A DNA stretch of 64,000 nucleotides from SAR86 cluster bacterium SAR86E (GTDB taxonomy: Bacteria; Pseudomonadota; Gammaproteobacteria; Magnimaribacterales; D2472): positions 93,215-157,214 of the forward strand of contig AMWX01000008.1 of the NCBI GenBank assembly GCA_000307935.1. Reading direction: 5' to 3'. Below the pieces are notes generated by a model. That model had not been told where the DNA came from and did no database searches. It saw only the letters and a program-made list of their open reading frames with translations. A program made the position numbers and the translations under genes. This document shows positions 60,555 to 64,000 of this stretch, in pieces. Position 1 is the first letter of the stretch. The number at the start of each line of letters is the position of its first letter.

Positions 60555-61001
60555 ATGAAAATTATACTTTTAGACAAAATTCAAAAACTTGGTGAAATTG
60601 GTGACGTGGTTGAGGTTAGCTCAGGATACGCAAGGAATTTTCTTATTCCAAAAAAGAAGGCTATGTTTGCATCTGATGAAAATCTTAAATATGTAGAGAG
60701 CAAGAAAGCTGAACTTGCCGCCGCCTCAGCAGATGAAATGGCAAACGCACAAGGCAAAGCTGATCTTATTTCAGGGGCAAAGGTAGAAATCAAAGTTCAA
60801 GTTACAGAAGAGGGTGCCTTATATGGTTCAGTTGGTACAAGAGAAATCTCAGAAGCCTTCAGCGCAATAGATCATATAGTTGATAAAAGTGTCATCCAGT
60901 TACCTGATGGCGCGCTCAAAGAACTCGGGGACTACTCTATAACTTTGTTGTTTCACCCTGAAGTGTCATGTGTTGTTGAGGTATCTGTTCAGCCTGAGTA
61001 G
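60555..61001 (+). CDS. rplI: 50S ribosomal protein L9
   Basis: LGEIGDVVEV..GYARNFLIP and LYGSV motifs. Confidence 0.97.
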   Translation: MKIILLDKIQKLGEIGDVVEVSSGYARNFLIPKKKAMFASDENLKYVESKKAELAAASADEMANAQGKADLISGAKVEIKVQVTEEGALYGSVGTREISEAFSAIDHIVDKSVIQLPDGALKELGDYSITLLFHPEVSCVVEVSVQPE

Positions 61002-61037
61002 TTGTTATCTTAATAATATGATGTAAGAATCATATTT

Positions 61038-62408
61038 ATGTCCAGTAAATCCATAGAAAATACAGAGCAAGTCAGAGAACTTGAAAGAGCTATTCTGGGC
61101 GGATTAATGCTTGAAACAGAAAGATACGATGCGGTGAGTGAAATCATTGAATTCACAGACTTTGAGGGTCAAGATCACCAAAATATTTTTCAATCAATGG
61201 GTGAGCTTGTTAATTCTAATAAACCCTTAGATCCTCTTACGGTTTCAGATAGATTGGATAGTAAAAACCTCTTAACAAGAGCAGGTGGTAAGAATTATTT
61301 AATTGATTTAGCTTCCACCAGTCCCTCCGCTGCAAATTTAGAAGCATATGCCGGCATGATTAGGCAAAAATCTATTTCAAGAAGGCTAATGAAAATTAAC
61401 TCAGAGATTTCTGAGCTTATTATTAATCCCCAGGGTAAAGATGCAGCTGAATTGCTTGATGAGGCTGAAACAAAAATTTTTTCATTAAATGATGAAGCCA
61501 GTAGAACATCGACTAATATTCAGAAATTAGATGAATTAATTCCTCAATCAATCGAGAGGATGAATGAAATTGCAAAAAATGGATCATCTCTACTTGGAGC
61601 CTCTACAGGATATAAAGATCTTGATAGCAAGTTGCAGGGACTGCAAAAAGGAGATTTGATCATTGTTGCTGCTAGGCCAAGCATGGGTAAAACAGCATTA
61701 AGCATGAATATTGTTGAGAACTTTGTTCTTAACAAAGAAATTTCTGGTGGCGTCTTGGTATTCAGCTTGGAAATGCCAGCTGAGTCACTAACTACTAGAT
61801 TATTAGCAAGCAACGCTAAGATTGATCAACAAAAAGTTAGATCTGCCTCCATGAATCAAGCTGATCTTAAAAAGTTTATGGAGTCATCCTCTAAATTAAA
61901 AGACTTACCTCTTTATATTGATGATAGCTCTATGCTATCCCCCATGGAGCTTCGAGCAAGAGCTCGTCGAATTGCAAGACAAGAGCCTAACGGACTATCA
62001 TTAATAGTTGTTGATTATCTTCAGTTAATGCAGTTACCTACCTCTCAAGAAAACAGAGTGAATCAAATTTCAGAAATTTCTCGATCTTTAAAAATGCTTG
62101 CAAAAGAACTCAATGTTCCTGTGATTGCATTGTCTCAGTTAAATCGTGCTGTTGAGCAAAGACCTAATAAACGTCCAATTATGGCTGATTTAAGAGATTC
62201 AGGTGCAATTGAGCAGGACGCAGATGTGATCTTATTTATATATAGAGATGAGGTATATAACGAAGATTCTGAAGAAGGAAACAAGGCTGAAATTATTATT
62301 GGCAAACAAAGAAATGGACCAATTGGAAAAGTAAATCTTACTTTCCTTAAAGAATTTACAAGGTTTGAGGACTTTGCTGTTGATAGCTATTACGACTCAA
62401 TTCAATGA
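61038..62408 (+). CDS. dnaB: replicative DNA helicase
   Basis: AARPSMGKT, VDYLQL and DLRDSGAIEQDAD motifs. Confidence 0.98.
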   Translation: MSSKSIENTEQVRELERAILGGLMLETERYDAVSEIIEFTDFEGQDHQNIFQSMGELVNSNKPLDPLTVSDRLDSKNLLTRAGGKNYLIDLASTSPSAANLEAYAGMIRQKSISRRLMKINSEISELIINPQGKDAAELLDEAETKIFSLNDEASRTSTNIQKLDELIPQSIERMNEIAKNGSSLLGASTGYKDLDSKLQGLQKGDLIIVAARPSMGKTALSMNIVENFVLNKEISGGVLVFSLEMPAESLTTRLLASNAKIDQQKVRSASMNQADLKKFMESSSKLKDLPLYIDDSSMLSPMELRARARRIARQEPNGLSLIVVDYLQLMQLPTSQENRVNQISEISRSLKMLAKELNVPVIALSQLNRAVEQRPNKRPIMADLRDSGAIEQDADVILFIYRDEVYNEDSEEGNKAEIIIGKQRNGPIGKVNLTFLKEFTRFEDFAVDSYYDSIQ

Positions 62409-63454
62409 TTGAACCAAATTCAGAGCTTGTAATTGATTACGAGCGCGTAAGAAATAATATCCAAATCATTAAAGGCAAGTTACCTTCTAACTGCAAAATC
62501 ATGGGTGTTATTAAGAGCAATGCATATGGACATGATCTTCAGATGGCTACTGAGGCATTAGATGGTGCAATTGATGGATATGGTGTGGTTAGATTGGGAG
62601 AGGCTCTTAAGATACGAGAAACATCCTCAAAGCCAATCTTGACTATGCAAGGTGTATATTCGTCGGATGCCTATGATGCTCTAAAACAAAATAATATATG
62701 GTCTGTTATTCATTCAATTTCTCAATTGCCATTAGCAAGGCAATACCAAGATGATTTACAGTTTTGGATTAAAGTAAATACTGGCATGAATAGGTTGGGT
62801 GTTGGATTGGATGAGCTAGATCAGTTTGAGTCACTGTTAAATGATTCTAGCGTTTTGATGACGCATTTGGCTTGTGCAGATACGCCAGAAGATGAGTTAA
62901 ACAATACTCAATTTAAGAATTTTGATTATGCATGGAATCAAATTGAAATAGACATCCAGAGAAGTGTATTGAATTCTGCAGGAGTCTTTAATTTTCCAGA
63001 TAAGGCATACGACTGGGTTAGACCAGGCATTGCCATGTACGGAGGGATTGACTTCTCCGGTTTAAAAACTGCCATGACATTTAGAAGCCAAATTATCTCT
63101 ATTCAATCTTTGCCTAAAAATGAAAGACTTGGATATGGTGGAAGGGTAAAGACAGAACAACCTTCTAAGATTGCTATTGTTTATTGTGGTTATGCTGATG
63201 GTTTTCCTCAAACAGCAATAGATGGAACGTCCGTGTTAGTGAATAGCCATCGCTCTCACATACTTGGAAGGGTAAGCATGGATCTAATTTCAATTGATGT
63301 TACAGAAATTCCTGATTGTAAAATTGGAGACTGGTGTGAATTATGGTCTCCTGAATTATCTATCCTAGAAAATACAAAAATGAATCGTTTGCTTTCTTAT
63401 GAACTTATGACCAAAATGAGTCAAAGAGTAAAACGACACTATTTAAATATATGA
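62405..63454 (+). CDS. alr: alanine racemase
   Basis: VIKSNAYGH (PLP lysine), TGMNRLG, VRPGI and GRVSMD motifs. Confidence 0.96.
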   Translation: MIEPNSELVIDYERVRNNIQIIKGKLPSNCKIMGVIKSNAYGHDLQMATEALDGAIDGYGVVRLGEALKIRETSSKPILTMQGVYSSDAYDALKQNNIWSVIHSISQLPLARQYQDDLQFWIKVNTGMNRLGVGLDELDQFESLLNDSSVLMTHLACADTPEDELNNTQFKNFDYAWNQIEIDIQRSVLNSAGVFNFPDKAYDWVRPGIAMYGGIDFSGLKTAMTFRSQIISIQSLPKNERLGYGGRVKTEQPSKIAIVYCGYADGFPQTAIDGTSVLVNSHRSHILGRVSMDLISIDVTEIPDCKIGDWCELWSPELSILENTKMNRLLSYELMTKMSQRVKRHYLNI

Positions 63455-64000
63455 AAATTGATTATTTAAAAAACAATCCTAGAGAAATTCAACTTGAGGA
63501 GGATCTCCCTCCATACATGACCGAAGGTGTCGCTAATGACATTGCAGAAATCTTTAGCACTCCTTTGTCTGGGGCATATAACTGGGATTACACCGTTCAG
63601 GATAATAGGATTAAAAAACTTTATGAATTAGGCAAGGAGCTTAACTGGAATGTTGAAGTTGATATTGATTGGTCCAGACCATTTGAGCCAATGACTGAGC
63701 CAGCTCCAATATTTTGGGATGATTATGCTCCCTATCAAAAACTTTCTGATGATAAAAAAATAGAATTTTTAAATCATCGAATTGCTTGGAGTCAAAGTCA
63801 ATTTCTTCACGGAGAGCAAGGAGCTCTTCTGGTTGCATCTCAACTAACCTCATGTGCTCCAACTTATAATGCAAAGCTTTATGCAGCATCCCAGACATTT
63901 GATGAGGCTAGACATGTAGAAGCTTTTAATAAGTATATTCAAACAAGAATAAAGCTTATGTACCCAATCGGAAATGCTTTGAAATCAATTCTAGATAAAA
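63451..64000 (+). CDS. ferritin-like diiron protein (AurF/N-oxygenase-like), window-truncated; absent from the ORF track
   Basis: Open frame MKIDYLKNNP...LYELGKELNWN..VDIDW...QFLHGEQGALL...QTFDEARHVEAF; E...DExRH diiron ligands; ATGA overlap with the alr stop. Confidence 0.85.
   Translation, partial: MKIDYLKNNPREIQLEEDLPPYMTEGVANDIAEIFSTPLSGAYNWDYTVQDNRIKKLYELGKELNWNVEVDIDWSRPFEPMTEPAPIFWDDYAPYQKLSDDKKIEFLNHRIAWSQSQFLHGEQGALLVASQLTSCAPTYNAKLYAASQTFDEARHVEAFNKYIQTRIKLMYPIGNALKSILDK

Noticed and set aside
59917-61001. No priB between rpsF and rpsR; S18 lacks zinc-binding cysteines
   Set aside because: Both states are common in Pseudomonadales-like and other Gammaproteobacteria
2244-63898. Many 60-130 aa ORFs antisense or out of frame within core genes (e.g. 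4457..4762, 44833..45222, 63641..63898)
   Set aside because: They are shadow ORFs of well-supported genes, with no motifs or translation signals

Overview
This 64 kb window is AT-rich, very gene-dense core chromosome from a streamlined Gammaproteobacterium. Pseudomonadales-like synteny, tiny or overlapping intergenic regions and reduced proteins suggest a marine oligotroph such as the SAR86 clade (inference only). It contains the end of tpiA, secG, the tRNA-fMet-rimP-nusA-infB-rbfA-truB-rpsO-pnp operon, lolB-ispE-tRNA-Gln-prs-rplY-pth-ychF-tRNA-Met, hemA-prfA-prmC, an acyl-CoA ligase/MaoC pair, gatCAB, mreBCD-yhdP, kdsD-lptAB-rpoN-mgtE, mlaC-bolA-murA, degS/zapE, rplM-rpsI-petABC-sspA, lpoA/rsmI, RNase P RNA, a rearranged dcw cluster, and rpsF-rpsR-rplI-dnaB-alr followed by a diiron protein. 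I saw no mobile elements, CRISPR arrays or prophage. The most interesting signals are: (1) a tandem pair of unannotated, apparently paralogous ~75 aa membrane proteins separated by a perfect 14-bp hairpin; (2) a rewired dcw cluster, with ftsZ directly behind mraZ, GTGTG-type MraZ boxes, a lipoprotein-like FtsQ, a tail-less FtsL and an SxQ motif in FtsI; (3) an H-type pseudoknot with a slippable tandem repeat in the rpsO leader; (4) systematic overlap or near-contact of convergent and divergent gene pairs.
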